Below are positions 47,608-57,855 of a stretch of DNA of 64,000 nt, in pieces (the first letter of the stretch is position 1; each line of letters starts with the position of its first letter). The position numbers and the translations under genes were made by a program. This stretch comes from Candidatus Iainarchaeum sp. Lineage in GTDB: Archaea > B1Sed10-29 > WALL01. Below the pieces are notes generated by a model. That model was given only the letters and a program-made list of their open reading frames with translations, searched no databases and was not told the origin of the DNA. Location of the stretch: NCBI GenBank assembly GCA_023129115.1, contig JAGMCR010000013.1:1-64000 (forward strand), read 5' to 3'.

Positions 47608-48620
47608 GACGCCAGCTCGTACTCCCTTCCGGTCAGCTCGCCTTTTGCCTTAATCAATCCCAGCCGCGCCAAGTGGTTCATGTAGTTGCGGTAGCTCCTC
47701 TGGCTCGCCGGCTTCTTGTCGGCCTTCACGTATTTCTCCCACAATTCCTTGGTGCCGATTTTCTTGTGCTTTTCCATTAGCTGGTACAGCGCCTGCTCGT
47801 GCTCGTTCAGCTTCTTGAGCGCATCACTCCTCCGCAGCATTCCCGTGGAGCCGAACGCTTTCTTGACGTCGTCGCCGGTGATTCTTTCCTGCTCCTTGTC
47901 CTCTGCCACGAGCGCCGCGCGCCGCAGCGTCTCAATCGCTATCCGCGCGTCGCCGTTCGAGAGGCGCGCAATCGTCTTCAAGTCGTTTTCCTTTGCCGCC
48001 CCGGGGACCAACCCGTACTTCGCGCGCACCTTGACTATCCCAAAGACTTCTTCGTCAGTGTACATCGGGAACTCGATTCCTTCGGCGTTGACCGAGCTCT
48101 TTATCCGGGGGTCCATGTCCACCATTGCGTACGCGTCGTTCGACACCAGGACGAGCCCAACGCCGGAGCGGCTCAAGTCGTACAGCAATTCGCTCGTCTC
48201 CAGCGAGTCGACTTCGTCGAGGCAAACGACGACCTGCTTCTTCGCCGCCTCTTTCTCCAGCAATTTCAGCAGGTCGGTCGCGGCCTGCCGGTAGTTGACA
48301 TAGATGTCGAGCTGGCTAAGTATCTCGGTGAGCGCGGCGTGCGTTGTGTTCCTCTTCCAGCAGTTCACGTACGCCGTCCTCGCCCTCGAGGTGTGCCCCT
48401 CCAATTCCCGCAACAGCCACTGGACCAGCAGCGTCTTGCCCGTTCCGCACGGGCCGTACAAGAACGCGTTCCTCGGCTTGCGGTTCACCGTCACGGGCCG
48501 CAGGCACTCGGCCAATTCCTGCTTCTGGCCGTCGCGGTGCGTCACGCTCTCGGGAATGAAGTACTCCAAGAGCGGCTGCTCGTCCCGAATCAATACAACT
48601 TTTTTGTCGAAAATGCTCAT
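47604..48620 (-). CDS. cdc6: Orc1/Cdc6 family AAA+ protein
   Basis: F.PE...HRD, YGPCGTGKT, YVNC, LDEVD, GDARIAI, C-terminal wHTH. Confidence 0.88.
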   Translation of the reverse strand: MSIFDKKVVLIRDEQPLLEYFIPESVTHRDGQKQELAECLRPVTVNRKPRNAFLYGPCGTGKTLLVQWLLRELEGHTSRARTAYVNCWKRNTTHAALTEILSQLDIYVNYRQAATDLLKLLEKEAAKKQVVVCLDEVDSLETSELLYDLSRSGVGLVLVSNDAYAMVDMDPRIKSSVNAEGIEFPMYTDEEVFGIVKVRAKYGLVPGAAKENDLKTIARLSNGDARIAIETLRRAALVAEDKEQERITGDDVKKAFGSTGMLRRSDALKKLNEHEQALYQLMEKHKKIGTKELWEKYVKADKKPASQRSYRNYMNHLARLGLIKAKGELTGREYELAS

Positions 48621-49093
48621 AGCTCCACCACGTAATGCCTTTTTTCGCCTTCGCGCACTTTTTCCCACTTGATGCCCTTGATTTTGCTTAGTATCGACTC
48701 CAGCCGGAGCGGGTTCACGTCGCCGTATTTCTTGCCGTGGAACATGCCGCTCATTTCACTGACTTCTTTCAGCACGACTTTTTTCATGCCGCTCTCCCTC
48801 GCGCCTTTGATGAAGTGCTCCAACACTTTGTAGCCTATTCCTTCGCCCTCGGGGTCAACCAGCAAGTCGGTAATGATGGTTGCCTTCCCATCACGCAATT
48901 CAACTTTGTGGCCTACCATCACATGGCCGATGGGGCTCCCCCCCACCCGGATGTGGTAGAAGACAGAGTCAAAGCCAACGCCGCCGTAACTGTCTTTGTA
49001 CGTATACGGCTTCCCTTCAAGGCTACTGGACCTGCATAGCGCAAGCGTCTTCCCACCGTGCTTTCCAATAGCTTCTTCAGGTGCCTTAGGCAT
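48617..49093 (-). CDS. Hypothetical protein, GNAT-like
   Basis: IGHV..ITDLLVDPEGEGIGYKVL..ARESG.KKVVL resembles GNAT motifs A/B. Confidence 0.55.
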   Translation of the reverse strand: MPKAPEEAIGKHGGKTLALCRSSSLEGKPYTYKDSYGGVGFDSVFYHIRVGGSPIGHVMVGHKVELRDGKATIITDLLVDPEGEGIGYKVLEHFIKGARESGMKKVVLKEVSEMSGMFHGKKYGDVNPLRLESILSKIKGIKWEKVREGEKRHYVVEL

Positions 49094-49128
49094 GTCGGAA
49101 CTTATTCATTGCCGAGAATAAAAGCCTT

Positions 49129-49380
49129 TCACTTCTTTCGTTTCGCCAGGCGCTCAAAACCCAGTGAAATTGTTTTGTCAATGCTGCTCAGCTTTTCGTT
49201 CATGTTCCAAAGGAAGCTGAGAACGAGAATAAGTAGGGATAATTGAAGCCCCAGCCCTATTTCAATAGGTGTCAGGGAATGGCCTTGGGGGGAGTTAATA
49301 ATCTGCCATATGAGCCACAAGAATATGATGATGGCGATTATCCGAAGGACTTCGTCCATGCGTATTTTGGTTTTTCCCAT
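49129..49380 (-). CDS. Small two-TM protein
   Basis: Two hydrophobic segments. Confidence 0.6.
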   Translation of the reverse strand: MGKTKIRMDEVLRIIAIIIFLWLIWQIINSPQGHSLTPIEIGLGLQLSLLILVLSFLWNMNEKLSSIDKTISLGFERLAKRKK

Positions 49381-49466
49381 TATCCCACCGTCAACAAGTA
49401 CAGGAACAGCAGAACGGCGATTACAGCAATAACAACCACGACGGTGTTGAGAAGCTCTTTTTTCAT
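49380..49466 (-). CDS. Putative 28-aa single-TM peptide (not in ORF track)
   Basis: MKKELLNTVVVVIAVIAVLLFLYLLTVG*; TAATG coupling to the next gene; TTTATAA upstream. Confidence 0.55.
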   Translation of the reverse strand: MKKELLNTVVVVIAVIAVLLFLYLLTVG

Positions 49467-49633
49467 GAAATCATCTTCCGCGCCCGTGGCTTATAAATCT
49501 TTTGTTCGGCCATTGGCTTGTCTTAATTGCTGCTGTGGTTTAATAAACGGGGAGTATACAACTTGCCGAGATAAGTTACCTTTTTATACCTTTTCGCCAG
49601 AATCATGGGCACAACCACACCAGGTGTTAGAAA

Positions 49634-50017
49634 ATGGTTGATTACACAACAATAAAGTCGACTGAAATCAAGTACGGAAACAACAACTTCCTGGAAGTTG
49701 CACGAAAGGAGATCGAGGGCAACGAGTTCATCTCGCTGTCCAAGGGCTATTTCCTCCCGAACGGGAACAAGCGCTACAAGAGTGGCATCGGGTTCCCGGA
49801 CGAGAACGCACTGCCCCAGCAGCTCGCAGACGCCATCCTGCAGATGGCTTCCACCACGAAGACCATCAAGGAAACCGCAAAAGAGCTCGCTGCAGAAACA
49901 ACGGAAGTAGCTGAAGCGGCGCCCGCCGAAGAAAAGAAGGAAGAGGCGCCCGCCGAGGAAGCCCCCGAAGAGGAGGCTCCTGCCGAAGAGGCCCCGGCCG
50001 AAGAGGCTTCGGAATAA
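49634..50017 (+). CDS. Possible PC4/PUR-like nucleic-acid-binding protein with acidic tail
   Basis: FLEVARKE....FISLSKGYF....RYKSGIGFP beta pattern; EEAPA repeats. Confidence 0.5.
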   Translation: MVDYTTIKSTEIKYGNNNFLEVARKEIEGNEFISLSKGYFLPNGNKRYKSGIGFPDENALPQQLADAILQMASTTKTIKETAKELAAETTEVAEAAPAEEKKEEAPAEEAPEEEAPAEEAPAEEASE

Positions 50018-50085
50018 GATACCGGTACCGGTCGAGGTGCCAGGGGACTCCGGCTTTGGTCGGAGCCAATCTGCGCCTCGGCTCC

Positions 50086-51450
50086 CTATTTTTTTGCCAG
50101 GAATGGGTTCTTCCTCACCAGCGTCTTGTACACATTCCACCAGCCGTCAGCGTCACTCAGGTGCCTCCCGGCCTCGGCTTCCTTTCCCTTCTTCTCGTGC
50201 TTCAGCTTTGCCTTGGCCTTGCCCGTCGGCACCTCGAACTTCGTGGGGTGCCCCCACGTCGTCTGGCCGTGGTACTCCCTCTTCCCCTTCAGCGAATGCC
50301 TTGCCTTCTCATAGCTAAGCTTTGCCCACGCGTGATGCATGTGTGTAAACCACGCCTTCAGCATTTCCTCTCCCGCCTTCTCGACCTTCCGCGCCTCGTA
50401 ATCATCCCTGGACTCGCCCTCCTCCCGCGGCACGATTTTGTAGACCTTTTTCATGTGCTCGAGCGCGTCCTTCCGCGCTGCGTCAAACGGCAGCTCGTAG
50501 TCCTCAAGCCTCACGGCCTCGCCCTGCTGCTTCCGCTCCGCCAGGTCAAACATGGCGTATACCAGGTGATTCACCCCGGGCACGACGCTGTGCAGCGGCC
50601 ACCCGACTTCTAACCACGCAGTGCTTCCTGCAGTCGCGGCGTGGACGCCGGGCTCGGACTTCCTCAGCTCGTAAAGCTCCCTCAGCACATCGGAAAAGTT
50701 TTTTTGGGTCTTTTTTATCTCTCTCTCGTGCTCCGGTGTCCCAATCTTCCCGAGCAGCTTTATGTCGCGGTCCAGCCGCGCCAGGTCGCTCTCAATCGAG
50801 TGCTCGGTGAACGCCTCGCACACCCGCCGCGTCTTGCCGTAGTCAAGCTCGCCCCGATGCTTCAGCGCAAGCGCCCTCATGAAGTCGCCCCGCCGCGACG
50901 CGACGACCTGCTCCGGAACAGTCTCCTTGTTCCCGACCGGCAAAAACGCGTACGACAAGGCAATCAAGTCACCCTTCAGCGTCTCGTACCCCACCCTCTT
51001 TGCCTTAGGCTTGCCCTTGTTCCACTCCACCGCAAAGTCATTCAGGGCGTCCTTCCGAATCTTCTGGCGATTCTCGTACAGGTAGCCCACCATTTTCTGC
51101 ATCCGCTTCACGCGGCTGCCAATGAACGTCTGCCGCAGCTGCATGTTGAAGTGGTGAGCGATTGCGCCCGCGAGCACGTTCTTCTTGAAGCTCTTCCGCT
51201 TCCGAATTGTGTCCACGATTGCCTCGGCCTCGTGGCTTCGCCGTCCCTTCAGCAGGGGGTGCCGCGGCGCCAGCACGCGCGAGAAGTCAAGGAACTGGCC
51301 CCAGTATTCTCCGTCCCTGGCACCGTCGCGCTGCTCCCGCTTATGTATCCACTCGCGGATGCTGCCGTCCCTGATTTGCCCTGGCTTCCTGGCGATTTCG
51401 CCGAAAAAGTCGAACTTCCGCCTGAATTCCAGCTCCATCTTGGGCATCAC
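50086..51450 (-). CDS. Hypothetical basic protein with HTH-like segments
   Basis: VGYETLKGDL and TEHSIESDL resemble HTH recognition helices; divergent from the ATPase gene. Confidence 0.65.
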   Translation of the reverse strand: MMPKMELEFRRKFDFFGEIARKPGQIRDGSIREWIHKREQRDGARDGEYWGQFLDFSRVLAPRHPLLKGRRSHEAEAIVDTIRKRKSFKKNVLAGAIAHHFNMQLRQTFIGSRVKRMQKMVGYLYENRQKIRKDALNDFAVEWNKGKPKAKRVGYETLKGDLIALSYAFLPVGNKETVPEQVVASRRGDFMRALALKHRGELDYGKTRRVCEAFTEHSIESDLARLDRDIKLLGKIGTPEHEREIKKTQKNFSDVLRELYELRKSEPGVHAATAGSTAWLEVGWPLHSVVPGVNHLVYAMFDLAERKQQGEAVRLEDYELPFDAARKDALEHMKKVYKIVPREEGESRDDYEARKVEKAGEEMLKAWFTHMHHAWAKLSYEKARHSLKGKREYHGQTTWGHPTKFEVPTGKAKAKLKHEKKGKEAEAGRHLSDADGWWNVYKTLVRKNPFLAKK

Positions 51451-51483
51451 CTATTTATACGCTTATTCCGTATATAATCCTGC

Positions 51484-53847
51484 ATGGAATTCAAGCCAAG
51501 GGTCAACTCCCCCCTGGACGCGCTGGAAGACGCCGCAGGCCGCAGCATTTTCGTGGGCCGCAGCCAGGCCCTCCACCGCAAGTACGGCCGCGAGGGCGCC
51601 CTGCTGCTGGGCAAAGTCGCGGAACAGGAAAAATACGGCGAGTTCGTCTACCTCGACGCATTGATGCCCCACACCATTTTCGTGTGCGGTTCAAAAGGCT
51701 CTGGCAAAAGCTATTCGATATCAATCATCGCCGAGGAATTGATTTACAAGAACCCAAATGTCGCAGTCGTAATCATCGACCCCATCGGCATCTTTTGGTC
51801 CATGAAGTACCCAAACCAGGAAGAGTCCGAGCTCGACGAATTGATTCGCATGGGCCTCGCGCCGCGCGGCGTCGCCGAGACGCGAGTCTTCGTCCCGTAC
51901 GGTGTCCGCAACACTTTGCCGCGCGACACCTACGACAAGACGTACGCACTGCGCCCCGCCGACTTGAACGTGGACGACTGGTGCATCACTTTCGACATCG
52001 ACCGGTTCTCCCCAACCGGCCTGCTCCTCGAAAAAACGCTCGAAAAAGTGTTCAACGGCTACAAGACCACGGACAAAAAGCACGTGAACCCCAACCCGGA
52101 CTACGGCCTCGAAGAAATAATCAACTGCCTCAACAACGACGCAGAGCTTTCCTCGAAGACCAAGGGCTTCAAGACGGACTCGCGCCGCGCGCTGACGTCC
52201 CGCTTCGAGTCGGCAAAGTCGTGGGGCATTTTTTCCGCGAGCGGCACTCCGCTCGTCGAATTGTGCCAGGAGGGCAAGGTCTCTGTAATCGACGTCTCGT
52301 TCCTTGACGAAAAAGTCAACGCGCTCGTCATCGGGCTGCTCGCGCGAAAGATTCTTAACGCGCGCAAGCTCGCGACGCGCAAGACCGCGATGAAGCGGCT
52401 CGCCGTGTCCATGGAGGAAGTCCTGGAGACCGGCATCCCGCCGACGTGGCTGTTCATCGACGAGGCCCACACCCTGATTCCCTCGGGCTCGCAGAAGACC
52501 GCCGCCTCGGACGCGCTCATTGAGTACGTGAAGCAGGGCCGCCGCCCGGGATGCTCGCTCGTGATGGCGACGCAGCAGCCCGCCGCGCTCGACACCAAAG
52601 TCCTCTCGCAGCTCGACCTGCTGGTCTGCCACAAGCTCACGTTCGACGACGACATCAAGGCCGTGTTCAAGCGAATGCCCGCGGGCATCCCCAAGGAGTA
52701 TTCCGCCCGATTCATCAAGACGCTCCCAATCGGGTATTGCTTGATTGGCGACAGGAGCGACCACACGAACAGGGTGTTCGCCGCCAAAATGCGGCCGCGG
52801 TTCTCGCAGCACGAGGGCCGCGAGACGCGGAGCGTCGACTTCGAGGAGACCCTGTCCGCGGAACAGGTGGAAGAGCTTGTCGTAAAGATGGTCAAGAAGC
52901 AATTGGTCGACTTCGGCCGCGTGAACCTTTCCAAAATAGACCAATTGGCCCGCACCATCAACAAGCGCTACGGCACCAAAGTCTCTGCCAAGTCAGTGGT
53001 CAAGGCAATCGAGGGCGCGGCGGTGGACAACGAGCAGCTCGTGCTGAAGGAAATCCTTGAGCAGGAGCAGGCCGCGGCCGAGGACTTGCCTGAAGAGCCG
53101 GCGCCCGAGGCGCCGAGCGGCGAGAACCTGCTGGCGTTCACTTCCCAAATCAGCGCGGAGCGGGCGAAGGGCCTGGCATTGAAGCAGCGCAAGGCGAAAT
53201 TATTCGGCTTGTTCGGGGACGAGGAGTCCTTGAAGGACCTGCGCATCGAGTACTGGCCGGTGTACAAGGTGGAGTACGACTATTACCAGGGCAAGGGCTT
53301 CAAGCGCTTGGTGTGCTACGTGGACGGCATGAACGGCGAATTGTTGAGCGTCGGCAGGGCGGGGATGGCCTCGACGCGCGGCGTGGGCCGCTTGACCACA
53401 ATGAACAAGAGCAAGCGCAAGATAATCGCGGCCCTGCGCAAGGGCAAGCAGGCGAGCGCGAAGGGAATCGCGGGCGTCGCCGAAATCACCGAGACGACCG
53501 CGCGGGCGAACGCGGAGGAATTGGCCGAGGACGGCCTGCTCTCTTATCGCGACGACGGCCGCGCCCGGACTTACGTGCTGAAGGAGCAGTTCGACCTGCC
53601 GCAGAAAATCAATGTGCCGGAGTACACTACTCTTGAGTCGCAATTAACGATGGGCGAGGCGAGCGGGTTTGTCCCCACGCCCCGCATCACACAGGAGTCT
53701 GTTTCCGACATCCCCGCGATTTTCGGCGAAGTAAAAATCAAGTCTGTTTCTTTCGTGTACCGCCCGGTCTACCACGCCTCGTTTGCCTCCACGAAGGGCC
53801 CCCGCGACGTCTACATAGACGGCATTGACGGGGCGGTGGCAAGATGA
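51484..53847 (+). CDS. HerA/FtsK-superfamily (DUF87) ATPase with C-terminal wHTH
   Basis: GSKGSGKS, IIDPIG, WLFIDEAH, KQGRRPG..MATQQP; KGIAGVAEITETTARANAEEL wHTH. Confidence 0.85.
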   Translation: MEFKPRVNSPLDALEDAAGRSIFVGRSQALHRKYGREGALLLGKVAEQEKYGEFVYLDALMPHTIFVCGSKGSGKSYSISIIAEELIYKNPNVAVVIIDPIGIFWSMKYPNQEESELDELIRMGLAPRGVAETRVFVPYGVRNTLPRDTYDKTYALRPADLNVDDWCITFDIDRFSPTGLLLEKTLEKVFNGYKTTDKKHVNPNPDYGLEEIINCLNNDAELSSKTKGFKTDSRRALTSRFESAKSWGIFSASGTPLVELCQEGKVSVIDVSFLDEKVNALVIGLLARKILNARKLATRKTAMKRLAVSMEEVLETGIPPTWLFIDEAHTLIPSGSQKTAASDALIEYVKQGRRPGCSLVMATQQPAALDTKVLSQLDLLVCHKLTFDDDIKAVFKRMPAGIPKEYSARFIKTLPIGYCLIGDRSDHTNRVFAAKMRPRFSQHEGRETRSVDFEETLSAEQVEELVVKMVKKQLVDFGRVNLSKIDQLARTINKRYGTKVSAKSVVKAIEGAAVDNEQLVLKEILEQEQAAAEDLPEEPAPEAPSGENLLAFTSQISAERAKGLALKQRKAKLFGLFGDEESLKDLRIEYWPVYKVEYDYYQGKGFKRLVCYVDGMNGELLSVGRAGMASTRGVGRLTTMNKSKRKIIAALRKGKQASAKGIAGVAEITETTARANAEELAEDGLLSYRDDGRARTYVLKEQFDLPQKINVPEYTTLESQLTMGEASGFVPTPRITQESVSDIPAIFGEVKIKSVSFVYRPVYHASFASTKGPRDVYIDGIDGAVAR

Positions 53848-54887
53848 TGCGGGAGCTGGCGAGGCAGCATTACATTGAGACCATGAGGCGGCTCCCGAAG
53901 TATGAGGGCGTCGGCGAGAGCTTCCACGACAGGGAGGCGGAGCGCTACGCAGACTTTTACACGCTCGGCCCCCGGCAGGGCGCGACCCTGGCGAACCTGC
54001 GGGAGCACGGCAGCGAAGAGCACCCCGAGGGCCTGAACGAGAAGAGGGTCACCGAGTGGCTCGCCTCAAAGTTCGTGGATGAGCAGGCCATGGCGCTGAG
54101 GCTTGTGCCGGGCCTTGCCCCGGACCCCGAGTTCAAGAAGATGGCCGACGTCATGGCGCACTGCCGCGAAATCATCAGGAACAAGTTCGGCGAGGGCACC
54201 AAGGAGTTCAAGAGCTTCCGGCTCAAGCACCTCCGCAACACGCTGGTTGACTATACCAACATGTACTTGTACGGCCCGAGGGGCAAGGTCGACCGGGGCT
54301 GGCTCAAGAGCAGGATTGAAAGGTTCGACTACTTGTGGGCAGTGCCCGGCTGGGACCCGCACCCCGAGTTCGCGGGCGTGGGCGAGCCAATCAGGCGGCT
54401 TCGGGAGAGGCAGGAACAGGCCGGCGCAACGCTCGATGAGCCACTGGCGCCAAGGGCTTCGTCGCTGCTCCGCGCCGTCAAGCCCGGGGAAACAACTCCT
54501 ACTCCAACACCAGAACTGGGGGTGTCGCCAGAACAGTCTCCGACGCCAACCGGGGGGACGCCAAAACCGGGGACGCCTGCTCCAACGCAAGAACCGGGGG
54601 TGTCGCCAGAATCGGCGACACCCCCAATTGCTGAGGCTGGGGAACCCGAGAAGCCAATTCCCGTGCTGAAGCAGGAAGAGGAAGAAGACGTGCTTTCCCT
54701 GCTGAAAAAGGAGACCCAAAATGACCTGCTCATCCACGCCCGCACCCTGGCCATGCTCAAGCCAGGAAAAAAGGTGACCATGGGAGACGTGGACCTATTG
54801 TCGTCTAAGATTATGGACCGCGGCATTGGCTACGAGGACGCGAAGAAGATAGCCAGGAAAATCATGGAGCAGGCAAGGCAGGGGTAG
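53844..54887 (+). CDS. Hypothetical protein with PT-rich linker and shared C-terminal module
   Basis: ATGA-coupled to the ATPase; TP..GVSPE duplicated. Confidence 0.7.
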   Translation: MMRELARQHYIETMRRLPKYEGVGESFHDREAERYADFYTLGPRQGATLANLREHGSEEHPEGLNEKRVTEWLASKFVDEQAMALRLVPGLAPDPEFKKMADVMAHCREIIRNKFGEGTKEFKSFRLKHLRNTLVDYTNMYLYGPRGKVDRGWLKSRIERFDYLWAVPGWDPHPEFAGVGEPIRRLRERQEQAGATLDEPLAPRASSLLRAVKPGETTPTPTPELGVSPEQSPTPTGGTPKPGTPAPTQEPGVSPESATPPIAEAGEPEKPIPVLKQEEEEDVLSLLKKETQNDLLIHARTLAMLKPGKKVTMGDVDLLSSKIMDRGIGYEDAKKIARKIMEQARQG

Positions 54888-54892
54888 TTGCC

Positions 54893-55819
54893 ATGAAGGC
54901 GAAGAGCAGCAGGCACAGGGTTGAGGAAGGCATTCGCGGCTCCCCCAAGAACCGGACTGAGCAGGTCGTCCATTTCCTGGAGCCAGGCAAGGACCTCCAC
55001 ATCAAGGACATAACCCAAGAGGCCTACAAATATTTCGACATTGACCGCAAGCAGGTCCTGTCCACACTCATGCAGGGGGCAAAGGGGCCCGGCGCTTTTT
55101 TCGAGAGGATTAAGCCCGCCCATTACCGCCTGACGCCCCTGGGCAAAGAGCTCCAGAAGCTGGTCGAGCTGCCGCCCATGCGCGAGCTCCCGCCCGAGCC
55201 AGAGCCCGAGCCGCCGAAGAGCATTGAGGAAGCGCTGGAAGAGGAGTACTTCAGCATCACGGGCAAGAACCGCTCCAGCAAGCGCGTGCAGGATTCGGCA
55301 AAGCGCTTCAGGAACCTTTTTTTGACGGGCGTGTGGGCAACCGCGGAAAGCGAGGCGCCCAAGGGCTCGACCAGCGGCGTGGTGCGCAGGAAGAGGAGGC
55401 GCATCCTGTCCTGGATTAGCACCCACAAGCGGAACGCTTCGGAGCTCGCGAGGCTTGTGCAGGGCGAGCGCGAGTTTATGTACCCCGAGCTCATGAAGGA
55501 CGCCAAGCCACACCCCGAGCTCGCGGAAAAAATGACTGTGCCAGTGAAAAAGCAGGCTGTCGAGCGCTGGGACTTGGGTGCGAAGTACGACGACGCCATT
55601 TTCGCGGTGTGCAGGGAAAGGGAGTGCACGCCCCAGTTCCAGGACCCGCGCTTCACGGCGAGCGACACCAGCCGCCACCTATTGCTGGCCATGCTGGTGA
55701 GGGACGCCCGGGAAGAGGTCGAGTCATGGGAAAACCCACCCAAGGCCTACGAAAAGGACAAGCTCGGCTATCTGAGGAAAATTGTCGAGAACTGGGTCAA
55801 AAACAAGCACAAGGGTTGA
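54893..55819 (+). CDS. Hypothetical protein with N-terminal wHTH-like domain
   Basis: FFER...HYRLTPLG wing motif. Confidence 0.7.
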   Translation: MKAKSSRHRVEEGIRGSPKNRTEQVVHFLEPGKDLHIKDITQEAYKYFDIDRKQVLSTLMQGAKGPGAFFERIKPAHYRLTPLGKELQKLVELPPMRELPPEPEPEPPKSIEEALEEEYFSITGKNRSSKRVQDSAKRFRNLFLTGVWATAESEAPKGSTSGVVRRKRRRILSWISTHKRNASELARLVQGEREFMYPELMKDAKPHPELAEKMTVPVKKQAVERWDLGAKYDDAIFAVCRERECTPQFQDPRFTASDTSRHLLLAMLVRDAREEVESWENPPKAYEKDKLGYLRKIVENWVKNKHKG

Positions 55820-55821
55820 TT

Positions 55822-55882
55822 CTGTCTAGACGTTTAGATTAAAACCCTACTATTTTATAAACTGTCTAGACATTTAAATTAA
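55822..55882. promoter_or_regulatory. Paired TGTCTAGAC operators flanking a TATA box
   Basis: Copies at 55822 and 55862 with TTTTATAA between. Confidence 0.75.
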
Positions 55883-55885
55883 TTA

Positions 55886-57853
55886 ATGGAGAAGCGCGGC
55901 AGGAAGAAGGGCTACAGGTACACGAAGTACGACCCCAAGCGCTATTACTCTCCTGGCGACGCCCGCATCGAGGTTTGGAAGCGCATCGAGAAAAAGGAGT
56001 TTGAGAAGGGCTTCTTCTCGTACAAGGAGAACCGTGTGCTCGCCATCCAGATGCTCGTCGCGAAGCTCGTGCGGGACAAGGGCCTCCAGGTAAGCGAAAT
56101 CACGAGGGACCACTTCAGGGAACACGGCATGGACTGCCTGATTACTTATTTCAAGTCCAAGGAAAAGGCGCTCCGCGCCGCGGGGTTTTCCGACGAGTTA
56201 ATCACGACCAAGCCGGCGGAGCACGACGTCAGGGACATTCGGAGGGCCGTCCGGCTCATCAAGGGCGTGAAGGCCTCGGAAGACATTGACGACACCTTGG
56301 ACGGGCTGCACCGCAAAGTCTTCGGCAATGTGCCCAAAAAGATTGGCTACCGCTATCTCCTGAAACTCGCGGAGGAGCACACCGGAATTAAATACCGCAC
56401 GCTTTACCAGCTCTTCAACCCGAATTACGCGCGCTTCAAGAAGTACAGCCCCCGGCTCCGGGAGGAAATCCACGCCATCCGCGAGCAGTGGGGCCTCGAG
56501 GGAGAGACGGAGCCGGGCGAAGTGAAGCGCCCGGTGCACGTCCCGGGAGAAAGCCCGTTCAAGATGAGGGGCCTGACCGCCGAGGAAAAAACGCTCCTGC
56601 AGGACATACGCACGGGCTTCAGGAACTGGGACTTGACCTTCCTCTCGAGGAAGAAAAAGATTCCTGGCAATGTATGGACTGTCCTGATACTCCCCGAGGT
56701 CAGGAAGCTTTCGAAAGAGCTGCTCAAGAAAAGCCCTGAGCACGAGCCCAGGCTGCTGAGGATGCTCCGCAGGATGTACAAGCGCTCAAGCCACCGCACG
56801 CGGGGCGACAAGCTCCTCGAGAGAGTCAAGGAGTCCCTCGAGAGGGAAATGCTCCTCGGCGGGCCAGAGACAGGAAAAACGCGGGAGCTCCGGCTGCCGG
56901 CAGGCGTGCTGGACAAGCTGCTCCCGTTCATGACACCGAACCGCCGCCTCCAGGAAGTGCTCGAGGAGGCACAGCAGTACTTTCCCGAGTTGAGTTTCCC
57001 CCAGGCCGAGGCCGCGGTCTATCTCGACAGGAGCAGTATTGACCCCCACATCAACCTGTCTTTCTTTGGCGGCGATTACGTGCGGACCAAGAAGGGCGAG
57101 GAGGCAGCGGCGTCCATTCTCCTGCCGCCGAAGCTTGGGACCCCGGCGAGGGAAGGGCTCGACCAAAAGCGCCTGCAGGAAGAGTCGGCCCGCGAGGAAG
57201 TGGAGCGGCTGAAGCGCGTGGCCGAAGAGGAATTGACCCCGGAGGAGAAAGAAGAACTGTTTGCCGACAAGGCACTGGAGGACTTCACCAGCGCCACCGG
57301 CGTCAAGGGCATGGTCGCCCAGCGGTTCAGGAACTATGTCAGGGCAGGCCCAGAGCATGATGTCAAGACACCGTCGGAGCACGCCACGAAGGAAGAGTTC
57401 AGGCTGCTGGGGCAGGAGATCCCCAAAGCCGGAATCGGCTTCAAGCAATGGCAAATCAAGCAGTGGCTCTCGAGGTACCTTGCGCACCCCGAGCTCAAGA
57501 AGTACCGGCGGGAGGACGAGCCGCTCCATGAAGTCGAGGAAGAGCCGCCCGAGATTCCGGTCCCAAAGACCAAAAAAAGGAAGAAAATCGGGCCGCCAGA
57601 GCCAAAGAAAGAAGAAGAGCCCCCGAAGCCCGCCGGCCGGCCCAGGGAGGTAAAGTCCCTGCTCGAGGGCCTCTCGGCGGCGGACCGGAAGAACTTTGAC
57701 AGCCAGGCCCGCGGCCTCCTCAGGCAATGCGGTGGAGACGCCAGAAAGGCGACGGACCTGCTGGCCCAGAGCGTTTCGCGCCTGGGCTACGGCCCCCGCG
57801 AGGCCAGCAGGATAGCAGCCAAAATAGTCGAAATAGAGAAAAAACTCTACTAA
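55886..57853 (+). CDS. Hypothetical multidomain basic protein, paralog of 57919-61008
   Basis: Shared ~170-aa region KLVRD.GLQVSE.T.DHF...YRTLYQLFNP. Confidence 0.8.
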   Translation: MEKRGRKKGYRYTKYDPKRYYSPGDARIEVWKRIEKKEFEKGFFSYKENRVLAIQMLVAKLVRDKGLQVSEITRDHFREHGMDCLITYFKSKEKALRAAGFSDELITTKPAEHDVRDIRRAVRLIKGVKASEDIDDTLDGLHRKVFGNVPKKIGYRYLLKLAEEHTGIKYRTLYQLFNPNYARFKKYSPRLREEIHAIREQWGLEGETEPGEVKRPVHVPGESPFKMRGLTAEEKTLLQDIRTGFRNWDLTFLSRKKKIPGNVWTVLILPEVRKLSKELLKKSPEHEPRLLRMLRRMYKRSSHRTRGDKLLERVKESLEREMLLGGPETGKTRELRLPAGVLDKLLPFMTPNRRLQEVLEEAQQYFPELSFPQAEAAVYLDRSSIDPHINLSFFGGDYVRTKKGEEAAASILLPPKLGTPAREGLDQKRLQEESAREEVERLKRVAEEELTPEEKEELFADKALEDFTSATGVKGMVAQRFRNYVRAGPEHDVKTPSEHATKEEFRLLGQEIPKAGIGFKQWQIKQWLSRYLAHPELKKYRREDEPLHEVEEEPPEIPVPKTKKRKKIGPPEPKKEEEPPKPAGRPREVKSLLEGLSAADRKNFDSQARGLLRQCGGDARKATDLLAQSVSRLGYGPREASRIAAKIVEIEKKLY

Positions 57854-57855
57854 TT

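Noticed and set aside
47604-49633. Replication origin next to cdc6
   Set aside because: No repeated ORB-like boxes or clear unwinding element seen; the single CAGTGGAAAT at ~2214 is insufficient
51484-53847. Canonical HerA-NurA repair helicase or known HerA defence system
   Set aside because: No nurA/mre11/rad50, Sir2 or nuclease neighbour recognised; it has an extra C-terminal wHTH region
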